Program-made: the position numbers and the translations under genes
IMG/VR virus record: IMGVR_UViG_3300043296_000111
Location: 1 to 55,078 of that record
Origin: a virus
Taxonomy: Duplodnaviria > Caudoviricetes
DNA length: 55,078 bases
Reading direction: 5' to 3' (one strand)
In this document: piece after piece, positions 10,230-20,287 of the stretch
Layout of the letters: every line of letters begins with the position of its first letter
Position numbering within the stretch: the stretch's first letter is position 1
The notes under the pieces: model-generated
Databases searched by the model: none
What the model saw: only the letters and a program-made list of their open reading frames with translations
What the model was told of the DNA's origin: nothing

Positions 10230-10255
10230 CCCTGGGGGGCTCTCACCCCCCAGGG
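10230..10255 (-). terminator. 10-bp GC hairpin after the capsid gene (attenuator or stabiliser)
   Basis: ccctgggggg-ctctca-ccccccaggg; no U-tract, so not a classical intrinsic terminator. Confidence 0.45.
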
Positions 10256-10281
10256 TTCTCCACCTGCTGACTACTCGACGC

Positions 10282-11631
10282 TTAGAACGAGGCGTCGAGG
10301 TTGTCGATGCGGACGTTCTTCCGGGGAGCGATGCAGAAGAGCTGCTCGTACATATTCCCGGTCGCGTAGAAGGCGTCCTTCCGCCCTACGCTGTCCGTGA
10401 CGCGGTTCCAGATCGAACCCGTCCGGTCGTCCCAGTCCCACGTCCCGAGCGTCAGACGACGCCAGGTGTCGGCCTGGAGCCCGAAGGCCACCTCGGGCGG
10501 TAGTTTCCGGGCCACCTTCAGCATCACTTCCCGGTCGCCCAGGATGATGCTCAGACCGTTCTTCCCGCCTGCGAACGAACGCGGATCGTTGAAGACCCGG
10601 TCGCCCTTCAGGGACTGCCAGTACCCGCGAGCTGCGGAGCGGGACGAGATCACGGTGTCGATCCTACCGGCACCCTTCACGCCGACCTCGTCGTCCGCGA
10701 ACGACAACAGCTCCTCTGTGAGCTGGCCACCCCAGGCTGCGTCGGATCCATCAATGATGATGGCCTTCCACAGCCGGGACAGGGGGCCCGAACGCGAGAT
10801 GTTGTTGTACGTCGCGATGATCCCACCATCGTCCGCTCCGGCCATCAGGCCAGCGATCTCTCGGTCCTCTCCACCAGCGGTCAAGGTCGATGCTCCGGCC
10901 TCGTCGCCAGGGAACAGATAGATGTCTGCTCCGGCCGCTACGACGGCGTCGATGAGGGCTTCCAATCCGGTGAACTGGATCGTGTTCGTGTCCTCATCAA
11001 TGTCCGTCACCTGCAGCGCCTGGTCGCCACCACCCGTGATGAGCGTCTGCCCATCGGCGGCCGTGTCGAACACGATCCGCTCGCCTTCGAGGAACTGAAG
11101 GAAGGCATCCGTGAAGCCGTCCACTCCGAGGGAGCGGTTGACCTGGATGTCCATGGTGGTCACTGAGAGCTTGACCGGGGTCAGCTCCGCTCGTGCCTTG
11201 ATACCGGCTCCGAAGCCGATATACATTCGGTCGATCTCGTTCACCAAACGAGTCACCAGATCTGGGAGCGCCCGCTCCATGTAGTTGATGAAAGCGCCTT
11301 CGTCCCCAACCACTCGCCGCATCGTGTCGCCGGTCATCTCCACGGTCCCCTGGATCTTCCGAAGGAAGAGCCTGGAGTTCTTGAAGACGGGGTCGTCGGC
11401 TTCCGGGATGTACTCGTTCTCTGCCCGAGCACCCACACCTGCTGGGAGCTGGAAGTAGTGAGCCATCTCAATGAACCGACCGCCGGTCGTCTCGTCCACG
11501 CTGACGTTCATGTCAGTCTGGAAGATGGACAGCAGCTCGCTGTCCTCTACGATGTTGGTGATCAGGGGATCCGAGAAGATGATCTTCATCGCCTCGGTAA
11601 TGGCATCAGTGGTGGTCGTCGCACTGGACAT
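10282..11631 (-). CDS. Major capsid protein (449 aa)
   Basis: Follows portal and scaffold; GVGARAENEYIP, RKIQGTVEMTG and C-terminal QLFCIAPRKNVRIDNL are typical of HK97-fold capsids. Confidence 0.88.
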   Translation of the reverse strand: MSSATTTTDAITEAMKIIFSDPLITNIVEDSELLSIFQTDMNVSVDETTGGRFIEMAHYFQLPAGVGARAENEYIPEADDPVFKNSRLFLRKIQGTVEMTGDTMRRVVGDEGAFINYMERALPDLVTRLVNEIDRMYIGFGAGIKARAELTPVKLSVTTMDIQVNRSLGVDGFTDAFLQFLEGERIVFDTAADGQTLITGGGDQALQVTDIDEDTNTIQFTGLEALIDAVVAAGADIYLFPGDEAGASTLTAGGEDREIAGLMAGADDGGIIATYNNISRSGPLSRLWKAIIIDGSDAAWGGQLTEELLSFADDEVGVKGAGRIDTVISSRSAARGYWQSLKGDRVFNDPRSFAGGKNGLSIILGDREVMLKVARKLPPEVAFGLQADTWRRLTLGTWDWDDRTGSIWNRVTDSVGRKDAFYATGNMYEQLFCIAPRKNVRIDNLDASF

Positions 11632-11656
11632 AGTCCCCAACCTTTATTTCAGAGGG

Positions 11657-12892
11657 TCACTTGTCAGGGAGGAACGCCGCCAGGCCCTTCTTCCTGGCCA
11701 GAGCGATGCTCTCCTTGATCGTCATGCCCGCTGGCAGCTTCGTTGGTTGGGTGGGTGCAGCCTTCTTGCCTGCTCCAGGCGCTGCCGCCACGCTCTTCCG
11801 TTTAGCACTGGCCCTAGCGAGTTCTTTCCCGCTCTTCGGCTTTTTCTCAGGACGCTTTTTCGTCGTGATTTTGCCACGGCTTCGGGAGCCGTCTTGGACC
11901 GCTTTCCTCGCGTCGAGGGGGTCGATCCCGTTCGTTTCGAGTCGTGCAGCCAGGATCGGCACGAGGTCTTTGACGTCGAGCTTCTCCAGCTTGTTCCTAG
12001 TGATATGGTCGGTCGTGTCGCGAGTCAAGTCTGTGATGAGCTGCTCGCGCCTGGTCCCGTCGATGCTGTCTGGGACCATCAGGTCGATGGCATCGGCCAT
12101 CTTCCGGCCGCTCTCAGCGTTCTCTTTTCGGATTGCCGACCTCTTCGTGAGCTTGTCCTTCGCCTCCAGGCGGCCCGCTTTGATCTCGGCCCGGAGGGTG
12201 CGAAGCTCGCCCGTGTCGCTGAAGAGCTTGTCCACCTGGCCGCTCACCGAATCCCAGACCTCAGGGAGGGTCAGCAGCGCGAGAGCCACCTGACTCAGCT
12301 CCTCTTTGTTCTCCGTGTACTGCATGACGAACCCGGCCGGATCGACCGCGAACTCCTCACTCAGCGCGGCCATCGCGTCCTCGGAGGCACCCATGGCCAC
12401 CTCGCGCTCGCGAACCTCCTCGCCGCGCATGAAGCCGCTCTTCAGGTGGGCGATCCGCTCCGCGATCTCCTTGTCCTCGACCACCAGTTCGATGTCTTCG
12501 GAGTTCGGGTGGCGGCCGGGCACGGAGACCGTGATCGGCTCGTCCTTGGCCTCCTCGTCCTCGGCCTCCTCCTCCCCCTCTACCTCATCGTCGGCATCTC
12601 CGGCATCGCCTTCTGCATCCGTCTCTCCCTCCTCGCCCTCTGCGTCCTGATCCCCTTCCTCTTCAGCTTCCTCCTCCCCGCCCTCTTCTTCTTCTGCCTC
12701 TGACTCACCCTCAGACCCGGCATCGTCCTCCTCCTCCTTGTCATCGACCATGGCCATCATGGTCCCCTTGTCGGCCAGGACCTCACGGGCCTTGGCCAGG
12801 GCCTCTTCGATGGTCGGTGGACCCGTCTTCTCCTCTGACTGAGACTCGTCGGTTCCCTCGGCCTCGCCGGTTCCCTCTTCCTCTCCTGCCAC
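11657..12892 (-). CDS. Scaffolding protein (411 aa)
   Basis: Very acidic N-terminus, helical middle, basic C-terminus; between portal and capsid; GTG start with AGGAGG. Confidence 0.75.
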   Translation of the reverse strand: MAGEEEGTGEAEGTDESQSEEKTGPPTIEEALAKAREVLADKGTMMAMVDDKEEEDDAGSEGESEAEEEEGGEEEAEEEGDQDAEGEEGETDAEGDAGDADDEVEGEEEAEDEEAKDEPITVSVPGRHPNSEDIELVVEDKEIAERIAHLKSGFMRGEEVREREVAMGASEDAMAALSEEFAVDPAGFVMQYTENKEELSQVALALLTLPEVWDSVSGQVDKLFSDTGELRTLRAEIKAGRLEAKDKLTKRSAIRKENAESGRKMADAIDLMVPDSIDGTRREQLITDLTRDTTDHITRNKLEKLDVKDLVPILAARLETNGIDPLDARKAVQDGSRSRGKITTKKRPEKKPKSGKELARASAKRKSVAAAPGAGKKAAPTQPTKLPAGMTIKESIALARKKGLAAFLPDK

Positions 12893-12919
12893 AACGACCT
12901 CCTGGTTGGTGCGGGTGGC

Positions 12920-15286
12920 CTATTGGCCCGCCGCTGCTGGTGCCTCGGCAACGCTCTCGGGGTTCCTCGTCGCGGAACCAGCCGGGACTGCCGATTGTGA
13001 TGTGGATGGCCCTTCGGGCGATCCTGCTGCGCCTTCACCTGACGGACTGCCGCTGCCGTCGAACTGGTTGTCACCGGCCTCCCCACCTTCGGGATCGGCC
13101 TCGGCTGACTGCAGCGTCTTGATCATAATGTTCGTGATGTGCATCTGACGGTGTGCCTCGAACCCAGCCTGGATCTGTGGGTCCAGCTCCAGGAACTCCG
13201 GCGAGGACATGATCTCCTCGTGGGAGAGCAGGTGGACCAGGTCGTTGTACCACTCGAAGACCGGGATCTCCTGGAAGGGCACACCCTGCAGCAGCTTCCC
13301 GTTCTCCTGGTCGGCCGTGATCCGGTGGATGCCACCGAACTTCCCAGCTCGCCCGAGGTGAGGGAACTGACTCAGCTCGAAGAACGTGGACACGGCCTCG
13401 GGGGTTCCCGGAGGTCCGAAGAGCCCGTTGGCGTAGAGCGCGGTGATGTTCTTCTGCTTCTCGCCCCGGCCCTCGGGGAGCATCGACTCCACGTCGGCCA
13501 CGACGTTCACGGAGCCTTCCTCGAACATCTCCGGCTGCACGAGGATCGTCCTGGCCACGTTGTCGTCGCCCGCGTAGGAGAGGATCTCCTCCTCGTCGTA
13601 GATCACCGGGAAGAGCTGTTCCCAGTCCTCGGCCATGCGAGCGAACTCCTCTGCAGCTCGACGCATCGTCGGGCCCAGGAAGCGGTCGGAGTTGAAGCGC
13701 AGCTCCTTGACCAGCTCGCCGCTGGCGTCATCTGTCGGAGCGTCTCCCTCGGTCCCGGCCAGGTTCCCCATCTCGTCAATCTGCTGGGCCATGAACTCCA
13801 GGACTTTGTAGGCGTCGTTCGAGAGCGGGGGCGGGGCGACCCACTCGAACGGGGGCACCCGCTCCCGCCGGTTGACGCTGATGGCCAGGCCTGGGCGGTT
13901 GGTGATCTGGGTCTCTTCGATGCCGCTCTGGGAGTCGATGATCTTGAGCGGGTTGGCGCACAGGTTCGCGTGTTCGATGATCAGAGCCGCGACCTTGTTG
14001 AAGACCCTCTGCGGGAAATTCATCGCCTCCTGGGGAGACGAGCCGCCAGCCGGTCGGCCTGGCAGGCTGATGAACTCGAAGCGCCGGATCGGGCTCGTGT
14101 TGCCGTACCTCACGGGCCTGGTCGCGTCATGGAGAACCTGCTTCCGGGTGCAGATCAGGAGACGGCCGCCAGGCTCCTTTTTGGACTCCTGCATCCGGGC
14201 GAACTTCGCTGGCTTGTGCCAGAGCGTGAACACCTCGTGGGTCACCTCGGGGATGGCGACATCCTGGCTGAAGTCGGATCCGAAGACGGACGGATCCGCT
14301 GCTCCGAAGTAGCCGCTGCCGTAGGTCAGCCGTTCCTGGATCCCGGTGGTGCTGCCGCCCTTCTCGTCTCCCGTGATCTTGATGCCGTAGGCCTCGAAGA
14401 TCTCGGCCGACGTCAGGAAGCTCCGCACCATGTGCCAGGACTTCTCGTGCCACGGAGCTGGGCCCCACTCGCCTCTCACCTGGACGGGGTTGAGGACCTC
14501 GACTGCCAGGTCTCCCTTCCTCTCGGAGTGGGCATCCTCTGGCCCCAGGGGCTGGCCCGTCTCATCGAACTGGAGCTGGCCCTGCTCGTTGAAGCCGACG
14601 TTGCCACCGTTCTCCTGGGCCCGTAGGACGGCCTCCTGCTGCTCCGGCTCGAAGCCCTCCATGTCGGCCTCGTCGGCCTGCCCCTCGAAGTCGATGAAGT
14701 CGCCCTTGGAGAGGTCGATGGTGCTCTGCAGGTAGACGGTCCCGGCCGGGATGATCCAGGCGCTCGCCCGGTCCCAGATCTCCTGCATCTTCACCTCCCG
14801 CCACTTCGTCTTGAAGATCACGTCCTGGGTGGCCGCCAGCATCGCGTCGATGCGGTCGGGGCCTGGGACGAAGGTGATGATCGGGGGGTTCTCGTTCATC
14901 CGGGCGTGGGTGATGATGAACCAGGAGAGGAGCTTGTTGAAGACCGGCCGCTGCCGCCACTTCTTCTCCTCGGCCGTCATCCACTGGGTCACGTCCACGA
15001 ACCGCCCGATCCTCGGATTGAAGACGGCCCACTGCTGGCCCGCCAGCATCCTGATGTTCTCTTCGATCTGCCGGTCTCGCCTGCGGAGGACGTCGTCCTG
15101 GGTGTCCCAGTTGTAGACGGCCCAGGCGATGCGGTCGCTGTCTCGCTCGTCCTCTTCGCCGTGCCCGTCGTTCCCGTCTGCCCTGATGTCGGGGATCTCA
15201 TCGAAGTCGAACGGCTTCCCGCCGGGCCCGATGGAGGTCGAGGAGGATCCGGTCTTCCCTCCGAAACGCGATGAGGCGAGGGCCAT
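12920..15286 (-). CDS. Portal protein (788 aa)
   Basis: ENIRMLAGQQW, RPVFNKL and HANLCANP motifs, size and position fit P22-like portals. Confidence 0.88.
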   Translation of the reverse strand: MALASSRFGGKTGSSSTSIGPGGKPFDFDEIPDIRADGNDGHGEEDERDSDRIAWAVYNWDTQDDVLRRRDRQIEENIRMLAGQQWAVFNPRIGRFVDVTQWMTAEEKKWRQRPVFNKLLSWFIITHARMNENPPIITFVPGPDRIDAMLAATQDVIFKTKWREVKMQEIWDRASAWIIPAGTVYLQSTIDLSKGDFIDFEGQADEADMEGFEPEQQEAVLRAQENGGNVGFNEQGQLQFDETGQPLGPEDAHSERKGDLAVEVLNPVQVRGEWGPAPWHEKSWHMVRSFLTSAEIFEAYGIKITGDEKGGSTTGIQERLTYGSGYFGAADPSVFGSDFSQDVAIPEVTHEVFTLWHKPAKFARMQESKKEPGGRLLICTRKQVLHDATRPVRYGNTSPIRRFEFISLPGRPAGGSSPQEAMNFPQRVFNKVAALIIEHANLCANPLKIIDSQSGIEETQITNRPGLAISVNRRERVPPFEWVAPPPLSNDAYKVLEFMAQQIDEMGNLAGTEGDAPTDDASGELVKELRFNSDRFLGPTMRRAAEEFARMAEDWEQLFPVIYDEEEILSYAGDDNVARTILVQPEMFEEGSVNVVADVESMLPEGRGEKQKNITALYANGLFGPPGTPEAVSTFFELSQFPHLGRAGKFGGIHRITADQENGKLLQGVPFQEIPVFEWYNDLVHLLSHEEIMSSPEFLELDPQIQAGFEAHRQMHITNIMIKTLQSAEADPEGGEAGDNQFDGSGSPSGEGAAGSPEGPSTSQSAVPAGSATRNPESVAEAPAAAGQ

Positions 15287-15287
15287 G

Positions 15288-15479
15288 CTACTCCTCCGTG
15301 AGGTTCATGGGAGAGCCGTTGCGGATCGCAGGGATGAGCTGCTCGACCTGGCTGTAGGGGAGAGTCCCGAGGACGTCGAGGGCCGCCTTCCACACCGCGA
15401 TGTCGATGGCGATGTGGGTGGGGTTGCCCGCTCCGGGGTCGCCGTTCGGGGCTTCTGGTTCGGGTTTGGAGTCACTCAT
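15288..15479 (-). CDS. Small hypothetical protein (63 aa)
   Basis: LGTLPYSQVEQLI motif; coupled to neighbours. Confidence 0.7.
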   Translation of the reverse strand: MSDSKPEPEAPNGDPGAGNPTHIAIDIAVWKAALDVLGTLPYSQVEQLIPAIRNGSPMNLTEE

Positions 15480-15769
15480 CTGGTGGCCGCTTCGAGCCGG
15501 GTGATCTCCGCGTCCATGTCCCCTCGGGTGGCGTCTTGTTCGGTTCTGGCGGTCTTCAGCCTGGTGAGCTGGTCTCCGTCACTGTACCGCTTCGCTGCCG
15601 GTAAGTCTATCAGCAAACCCCACCATCGCTGGAGGGTGCGGTTGATGTCCGCGTTGTCGTTCGGGTTCCCTCCGTCCTCTGCGACCTTGGCCACGAGGGC
15701 GGCCGAGAAGTCATTGAACTCGTCGTCGGTCATCTCGAAGCCGGTCGGCGGTAGCACTCGTCTGGGCAT
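15476..15769 (-). CDS. Hypothetical protein (97 aa), C-terminal coiled coil
   Basis: ATG with GAGGA SD; possible fibre chaperone. Confidence 0.65.
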   Translation of the reverse strand: MPRRVLPPTGFEMTDDEFNDFSAALVAKVAEDGGNPNDNADINRTLQRWWGLLIDLPAAKRYSDGDQLTRLKTARTEQDATRGDMDAEITRLEAATR

Positions 15770-15776
15770 GATTCCT

Positions 15777-16070
15777 CTAGGGGTCGATGTCGGGGTTGCC
15801 CTGCCCACAGACGAACTCGAAGTCGATGGAGTCTGGGTTGATGGCCCCGCCGGTAGGGTTGAAGAGCACGGTGCGGACCAGGTCCACAGCCACCGTCATA
15901 AACGTAATCACGAGATCGTCTATCGAAGTCGCATCGCTCACGGGAGCCCACGAGATGATGTGGGTGCCGAGCGGTGTCCCTGGGGCCGCCGTGTCCACGG
16001 TCACGGTCCCGTTGCTTGGGACGTTGGGGAAGTCGATAGTCGCCCGCGTGATGAACAGGCCCGTATACAT
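15777..16070 (-). CDS. Small beta-rich virion protein (97 aa)
   Basis: IDFPNVPSNGTVTV ... NPTGGAINP resembles fibre-associated domains. Confidence 0.65.
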   Translation of the reverse strand: MYTGLFITRATIDFPNVPSNGTVTVDTAAPGTPLGTHIISWAPVSDATSIDDLVITFMTVAVDLVRTVLFNPTGGAINPDSIDFEFVCGQGNPDIDP

Positions 16071-16080
16071 CGTGTCGAAT

Positions 16081-17817
16081 CTACGCACCTGTCGTCTCCA
16101 GGATCCGCCACCGTTCTGTCGTGCCGTCATACCAGAGCAGCGCGGAATCACCAGGCCCCAGGATCAGGTCCACGCCGGTCGGGGAGATGATCCGGTTCGT
16201 GTCCACACTGCCAACGTCTTGATGCCCAAGCACCAGGTCGAACGAGCCGATGTTGACGAGTCGCAGCTCATCATCTGCCTCAGAGAAAGCGGCTGTCGTG
16301 GCGTCGATGCCCGTGATGGTGCGGGAGGCGTCAGTGGACAAGCGCAGCAGGCCACGCATCGCGAGGCCAGAACCCTGCCCCTGGTAGTCGTCCTCATCCG
16401 TCGTGATCTGAGCAGGACTGATCGGAACGAGAGCGTTGGCTCCTTGCACCTTCGAGCGAACGGTGACCGTGAACGTGAGGCCAGAAGCCTCGTAGATCTG
16501 ACTGGCCAGGCCTGCGGTGTAGACCCGCAGCCGATAGAGCCCAGAGTTGTCTGCGCCTGCACGTTCAGCCGAGAAAAACGCGATGTTGTTTACTACCGCA
16601 GCATCATCTTCGATGGACCAGAACAGTGCCGTGCCGAAGCCATCGACCATGTCGCCAGACGACCGTCCGGTGAGCCGCCACGAAGAGAGGAGCAGGTTGG
16701 TGCTGGCTGCCCGGCGAATGAAATCGGAGACTGGGAACTGATCAGCTAGGACTCGTAGCCCGCCTTGCGGGATTGTGACCCTTGCCGATGACGGTGCGGT
16801 GAAGAACGGGTCAAGGATGAGGTCCGTGCCGTCCCACCAGATGGCGGCATCTGCGAGCGCGGCTGTGGCACCAAAGCGGACCCGAGCGTTGTCGTTGAAG
16901 TGGATGTCTCCATCACCGAAGTCCGACCACGCGCCTCCGGTGTTCAGCAGCATCCATGCGTTCAGGTTTACCGGGATGTCCGAGCGCACCGCAGCCTTCT
17001 CGACGGTGCCGCCGAAGGCGATGTCCTCCACGTCGAGCCCGTAGTAGGCCACCATCGTCTCGACGCCCGCCTGGGGCTGGAAGAGAGCGACAATAGGCGT
17101 CCCGGCGAGGACAGCCCTCACCGTCCCCAGGTTGACCGTCGCTCCCAATACCGTGGCGAACGTCGGGCGGAACTGGAGCCCGTACTGCTCTGTCACGTTC
17201 ATCGTGCCGCCACTGAGAGTAGCGCGAGTCTGTGGCCCAGCGTTGATGACGGTGCTGGTGACCGACGTGCGGGAGCCAGCGAAGGCGTTTAGAGTCGTCG
17301 GGCCAGCATTGAGGACGAGAGCCCCGAGTGGATTGAAAGTACCTGACGCACCAGCAGCCAAGACCGGGAGGGCGTTGAAGAGGGTGAACGCTGCAAAGCC
17401 CGGAGCCACATCGGACTGGATGGTCGGCCCTCCTCTCATCCCCTCCCAGATGAACGTCGGAAACGTGAAGTTGATGGTCGGAGAGATGTTGACTCCTCCA
17501 CCAACGAAGGGGCCTCCACCAATGCTCTGAGTCGGGTTGAACTGATAGGCGTGGGTTTGGAGCGCAGCCGCCGCGATGATGTCCTCAACGTCGATGGGAG
17601 ACCAGACGCGGACTATCCCGAGGTTGGCGTTGGTGGTCCCTCGAAGCTCTAGCTCCTCGGAGGCTCCCGTGCCGCCGAAGGCGAACTGGCCACCGGCCCT
17701 GCCAGCCAGCAGGAGATACTGCAGGTGGTCGTCAGAGGCGAGCCCCTGGAGGGTCCTGTGGAAGGGTGGAGCTGCGGGGACGCCGCCCTGCCCTGACGCC
17801 TTGAGCCCCGAGTTCAT
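16081..17817 (-). CDS. Tail/head fibre protein (578 aa)
   Basis: GLASDDHLQYLL motif, Gly/Ala/Thr-rich beta segments, C-terminal ALLWYDGTTERWRI. Confidence 0.7.
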   Translation of the reverse strand: MNSGLKASGQGGVPAAPPFHRTLQGLASDDHLQYLLLAGRAGGQFAFGGTGASEELELRGTTNANLGIVRVWSPIDVEDIIAAAALQTHAYQFNPTQSIGGGPFVGGGVNISPTINFTFPTFIWEGMRGGPTIQSDVAPGFAAFTLFNALPVLAAGASGTFNPLGALVLNAGPTTLNAFAGSRTSVTSTVINAGPQTRATLSGGTMNVTEQYGLQFRPTFATVLGATVNLGTVRAVLAGTPIVALFQPQAGVETMVAYYGLDVEDIAFGGTVEKAAVRSDIPVNLNAWMLLNTGGAWSDFGDGDIHFNDNARVRFGATAALADAAIWWDGTDLILDPFFTAPSSARVTIPQGGLRVLADQFPVSDFIRRAASTNLLLSSWRLTGRSSGDMVDGFGTALFWSIEDDAAVVNNIAFFSAERAGADNSGLYRLRVYTAGLASQIYEASGLTFTVTVRSKVQGANALVPISPAQITTDEDDYQGQGSGLAMRGLLRLSTDASRTITGIDATTAAFSEADDELRLVNIGSFDLVLGHQDVGSVDTNRIISPTGVDLILGPGDSALLWYDGTTERWRILETTGA

Positions 17818-18236
17818 TACGCCGCGTAGCTCCCACCCCGTGCGAACACGTTGAAGACCTCGGCCTCCTCGGTAGCTGCCCCGAGGACCACGGTCGCGTC
17901 AGCCAGGTTGAGGGGTGGATCGTTGAGGACCGTCGTCAGGTCGATCAGGGCCCCGAAGGCCACCGTCACCCCATCCGGCGTGATGGCCGAGACGGGAAGC
18001 TCGCGCCACAGGTCCCAGGTGCCCCCGGAGTCGAGCGAGATGAAGAGCCGGATCATCCCGAGCGTCGTGGTCGCCTCGGCCTTCACTTCGATCTGGTCGA
18101 TCCTCACGCCGTCCGTATCGCCGTCCACCACCGCGACGATGGTGCCGGTGCCGTCGCGGTTCGGGTTGGCCGCGCTGATCGCCGCGATCCCGATGACGGG
18201 GCTCTTGGTGAAGACTGGATCTGTGTTCTTGCTCAT
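17817..18236 (-). CDS. Virion structural protein (139 aa)
   Basis: ANPNRDGTGTI ... VFARGGSY; beta-rich and coupled to the fibre gene. Confidence 0.65.
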   Translation of the reverse strand: MSKNTDPVFTKSPVIGIAAISAANPNRDGTGTIVAVVDGDTDGVRIDQIEVKAEATTTLGMIRLFISLDSGGTWDLWRELPVSAITPDGVTVAFGALIDLTTVLNDPPLNLADATVVLGAATEEAEVFNVFARGGSYAA

Positions 18237-19156
18237 GCCAGGGCTCCGTTCGCGTGGCAGCGGTCACTGGACGACCAGGGACGTCGGCTCGTGGCTCGCT
18301 GAAGGATGAAGTCGAAAGGGTCGCATTTCAAGATCTCGTCGCACCACTGGGTCACCGAGGACGCCGCGATCCGGTCGTCAGCGATCAGCCCCACAGATCG
18401 CGCCAGGATCATGTCGAAAGGTGGGCAGGCGAGGACCCCGAGGCAGATCGCTTCGATGTACTGAAGCACGGCTGCCGCAGGGACCTGGCCGGGGTCGATG
18501 AAGCCGACGATCTGGGTGAAGAGGATCGAAAGCGCGGCCTCGTGCTGGGTCACGGCCGACTCTGGGACCTGGTCGTCCGCGATGGTGTCGAAGAGCTGGG
18601 TGAACGAGAGGATGAGGGCAGCTTGGTGCTGCGTGACCGCCGACTCCGGGACCTGGCCGTCGAGGATAAACCCGAGGATCTCGGGGAAGCTGATGGCCGC
18701 CCCACCACCCCCGCTTGGAGCGCCTCCGATCTCAGGGCGTCTGTCGATGTACGTGCTCGCGACGAAGGCCCCATTCCTGGCGTCGATCTGAGCCATCGGG
18801 ATGGACGCAAGGTAGGTGAACCCCGCCTGGTTCACGGTCACCTGGCCCGCGTCTGAGCGTTGGATGAAGTTGGTCGCGCCGTCCGTCAGCTCGACGGTCC
18901 CATCCGGGATCAGCAGCCACGCTCCCCCGCTGTCGATGAGGCCGCCGTGGTAGGCGTAGCTCAGATTGAGCGACCCCTTGCTGACCGACCCGTCGCTGTT
19001 GAGCGTGTCGGATCGCTTCCAGGAGAACGGCCTGAAGACCATCGCCTCCAGGAGCTGGGTGACGCGGAAGACCCGCTGGGACGCCTGATCTTCGGCGTCC
19101 GCGTCCCAGCCGCTGGGGAACCCTTTCTGGCTTAATTCACCGCCTGAGAACGGCAC
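18233..19156 (-). CDS. Fibre-like protein with ~27-aa QVPESAVTQH repeats (307 aa)
   Basis: Tandem GQVPESAVTQHQAAL / DQVPESAVTQHEAAL / GQVPAAAVLQY repeats. Confidence 0.7.
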   Translation of the reverse strand: MPFSGGELSQKGFPSGWDADAEDQASQRVFRVTQLLEAMVFRPFSWKRSDTLNSDGSVSKGSLNLSYAYHGGLIDSGGAWLLIPDGTVELTDGATNFIQRSDAGQVTVNQAGFTYLASIPMAQIDARNGAFVASTYIDRRPEIGGAPSGGGGAAISFPEILGFILDGQVPESAVTQHQAALILSFTQLFDTIADDQVPESAVTQHEAALSILFTQIVGFIDPGQVPAAAVLQYIEAICLGVLACPPFDMILARSVGLIADDRIAASSVTQWCDEILKCDPFDFILQRATSRRPWSSSDRCHANGALA

Positions 19157-19165
19157 CAGCTACTC

Positions 19166-19588
19166 CTAGCGGCCGAGGCCGTGCAGATCCCCGGAGATGT
19201 CGATGAAGTCCACCACACAGGCAGCCGCAGCCGTGAGGATGATCTTCAGCCAGTTCTCTCCGTGATGCTCCGCGCCCGTGACTTCGAGCCCCAGCTCCAC
19301 GCCATCGACCCAGGCGGTGCCATCAATGGCAGGCTGATCGACCGTGTAGACGAAGGAGTCAGGCGGTGAGCCCGGAGCGATCTCGCGGGCGGGCCTGGAG
19401 AACTTGACACCGACCACGCCAGCCGCTCCCGTGATGCGAAGCCGGAGCCGCATCTGGTGCCACTGGACGACCGGCACGAACCGGACGATGGGGGTGGTGT
19501 CGGGGATCGCGAACCCGTCGTCAAGGAGGTGCCTGGCGGCCCTGGTGTAGGGCTTCGGGAGACTGAGGCGGGTGGGTTTCTCGGCCAT
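19166..19588 (-). CDS. Hypothetical beta-rich virion protein (140 aa)
   Basis: Clean ORF in the late operon. Confidence 0.65.
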   Translation of the reverse strand: MAEKPTRLSLPKPYTRAARHLLDDGFAIPDTTPIVRFVPVVQWHQMRLRLRITGAAGVVGVKFSRPAREIAPGSPPDSFVYTVDQPAIDGTAWVDGVELGLEVTGAEHHGENWLKIILTAAAACVVDFIDISGDLHGLGR

Positions 19589-19638
19589 GATTCGCTCGCT
19601 GGTGATCGGTGAGAGGTAGCTCTCCTAACCGCCGATAC

Positions 19639-19923
19639 TTATAGCGGCTCCCGATCCAGCGGGCCAGGCATCCAGCCCTCCCCGGTGAGCTGGTCCACCG
19701 TCGCACCCCGTCCCCAGAAGTGGATCCGCATCCGGCAGCGGAGGTCCCCAGGGATCTTGGCTGCCGCGTTGGCCAGGTGGTTGTTCACGCTCCAGGCGTT
19801 CAGGCAGAGCTTCTTCTCAATCGTGGTCCTGCTGTCGCCCCGGATGAGGAGCGCGGTCACGATGGCCTCCATCGGCGTGAACGGCCGGAGGAGGGGTGCC
19901 CTACATCTCTGTTCCTTCGGCAT
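19639..19923 (-). CDS. LuxR-type HTH protein (94 aa)
   Basis: FTPMEAIVTALLIRGDSRTTIEKKLCLNAWSVNNHLANAAAKI follows the LuxR C-terminal HTH spacing. Confidence 0.65.
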   Translation of the reverse strand: MPKEQRCRAPLLRPFTPMEAIVTALLIRGDSRTTIEKKLCLNAWSVNNHLANAAAKIPGDLRCRMRIHFWGRGATVDQLTGEGWMPGPLDREPL

Positions 19924-20287
19924 TGAGCATCCTCAGTGCTTCCTCGGTGGCCTGATCGTAGGTCAGGGCCTGGCCGTTCTCCTTCGCCTCGTGGATCAGC
20001 CAGTCGATCCCGTTCTGGAGGGTCTCCTGGGTGAACTTCGCATCCTCTGCGCTGGGCTGCCTGGCCACCTTCTTCGTACCGGCGATCCCGTGGATCCGGT
20101 CGATGGCATCCTCTATCGCGTCCTCCGCGTCGGGCTGGCTGAAGACCACGGCCTTCTTCAGCGGGGTGCCCCCGAACGTCGTGTAGTTCTGGACGAAGAT
20201 CCGCATCCGGCGCTCACCGAGCCAGAGGCCCATCATCAGGACGGCGACGATCCAGCCAACGATGGCCGTCAGAAGTAGGTCGCTCAC
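19901..20287 (-). CDS. Membrane-anchored hypothetical protein (128 aa)
   Basis: N-terminal hydrophobic helix; overlaps the TerL stop. Confidence 0.7.
   Translation of the reverse strand: MSDLLLTAIVGWIVAVLMMGLWLGERRMRIFVQNYTTFGGTPLKKAVVFSQPDAEDAIEDAIDRIHGIAGTKKVARQPSAEDAKFTQETLQNGIDWLIHEAKENGQALTYDQATEEALRMLNAEGTEM

Noticed and set aside
12540-12745. Low-complexity purine/pyrimidine repeats
   Set aside because: Explained by the acidic Glu/Asp-rich scaffold N-terminus.
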